From Bacilli bacterium (lineage in GTDB: Bacteria; Bacillota_I; Bacilli_A; RF39; UBA660): a DNA stretch of 64,000 nt. Below the pieces are notes generated by a model. That model ran no database searches and was not told the DNA's origin. It saw nothing but the letters and a program-made list of their open reading frames with translations. Below are positions 63,282-64,000 of this stretch, in pieces. Within the stretch, counting starts at the first letter, position 1; every line of letters starts with the position of its first letter. The DNA lies in contig JAFQXM010000007.1 of assembly GCA_017406955.1 (NCBI GenBank), forward strand, positions 80,729 to 144,728, in the 5' to 3' direction. The translations under genes and the position numbers were made by a program.

Positions 63282-64000
63282 TGGACCAAAAGAAAAAGAA
63301 AAAAGAAAAAATAAGAGAAATAATTGTTGAAAATAAAAGTGGATTTAATATTGCAGAAGTTATAGTAATTATAATTGTTTCTATACTTTTTGGTATTGTA
63401 GTAGGTAGTATAATAACAAGTTCTAAAAAAGAAATTTCTGGTACTAAAGTATCAAAAGAAATGCAAGAATTTATCGCAACATATAATAATATAAAGAATA
63501 ATTACTATGATAATATAAGTGATAAAAAACTAATAAATGCCGCTATAAAAGGTATGGTTAATTCTTTAGATGATCCATATTCTGTTTATATGAATGATAA
63601 ACAAACAAAAAATTTCAATCAAACAGTAAGAGGAATATATGGCGGTATTGGCGCAACTGTTGCTAATAAAGATGGAAAAAACTATATAGTTGGAGTATTT
63701 AAAGGTTCACCTGCAAAAGAAGCTGATTTAAAAGAAGGAGATATATTTGTAAAAGTAAATGATAAAGATGTTAGTAATTATGATGTAGGTAAACTTACTG
63801 ACATAATAAAAGGTAAACCAAACACAAAAGTAAAAATAACTATTCTAAGAAATGATCAAGAAATAACAAAAACAATTACCAGGAAATATATTGATATACC
63901 ATCCGTTGAAAGCAAAATAATAGATAAGGAAAATAAAAAAGTAGGATATATTTATATAAGTACTTTTGCTTCTAATACTTATTCACAATTCAAAAAAGAA
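63282..64000 (+). CDS. S41 carboxyl-terminal processing protease (CtpA-like), 3' end beyond the window
   Basis: N-terminal TM, then a PDZ-type region (GGIGATVANKDG...GSPAKEADLKEGDIFVKVNDKDV). Confidence 0.7.

Overview
This 64 kb window is chromosomal DNA from a very AT-rich, spore-forming, low-GC Firmicute (Clostridia-like). It is dense with housekeeping genes, mostly on the + strand. Identified by motif are argS, rpoE (delta), prfA-prmC, fba, murA, rpmE, rpiB, mreB/mbl, a tagO-like gene, csp, hpf, secA, pgi, pheST (with T-box), nfnAB, prfB (with the programmed +1 frameshift), ftsEX plus an M23 hydrolase, a FemAB gene, murD, eno, proS (with T-box), secG, rnr, smpB, ssrA (tmRNA), cdaA-cdaR, tRNA-Thr, tRNA-Asn, and sporulation genes spoIIR and a SpoIIQ-like M23 protein. 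Four regions stand out.

1. A convergent agr-type quorum-sensing locus: a LytTR response regulator and an AgrC-like kinase on the + strand face agrB and a 39-aa AgrD propeptide on the - strand. The agrD gene is below the ORF-track cutoff; its predicted thiolactone ring is CVWWL.

2. A ~3.8 kb insertion directly after secA. It is bounded by a 21-24 bp direct repeat of the secA 3' end, and a diverged second copy of the SecA zinc-finger tail sits at its far end. Just inside each boundary are tandem TAGATAAGTT decamers, with an inverted copy 73 bp downstream of the left pair. The cargo is a 638-aa protein (seven zinc-ribbon repeats plus a Vsr/DUF559-like nuclease domain), a 56-aa transmembrane peptide and a 368-aa protein of unknown function. 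There is no integrase. This is the best candidate for a previously undescribed accessory or defence module.

3. A G9 homopolymer lies exactly in the spacer of a sigma-A-like promoter (TTGACA-N19-TATACT) for an acidic hypothetical protein. This is a candidate slipped-strand phase-variation switch.

4. The segment downstream of ssrA is variable: a short collagen-like, Cys-rich ORF overlaps a second ORF in a different frame (possible frameshift or pseudogene), followed by a CDF transporter with a His6 tail.

No CRISPR array, no transposase and no integrase were seen.
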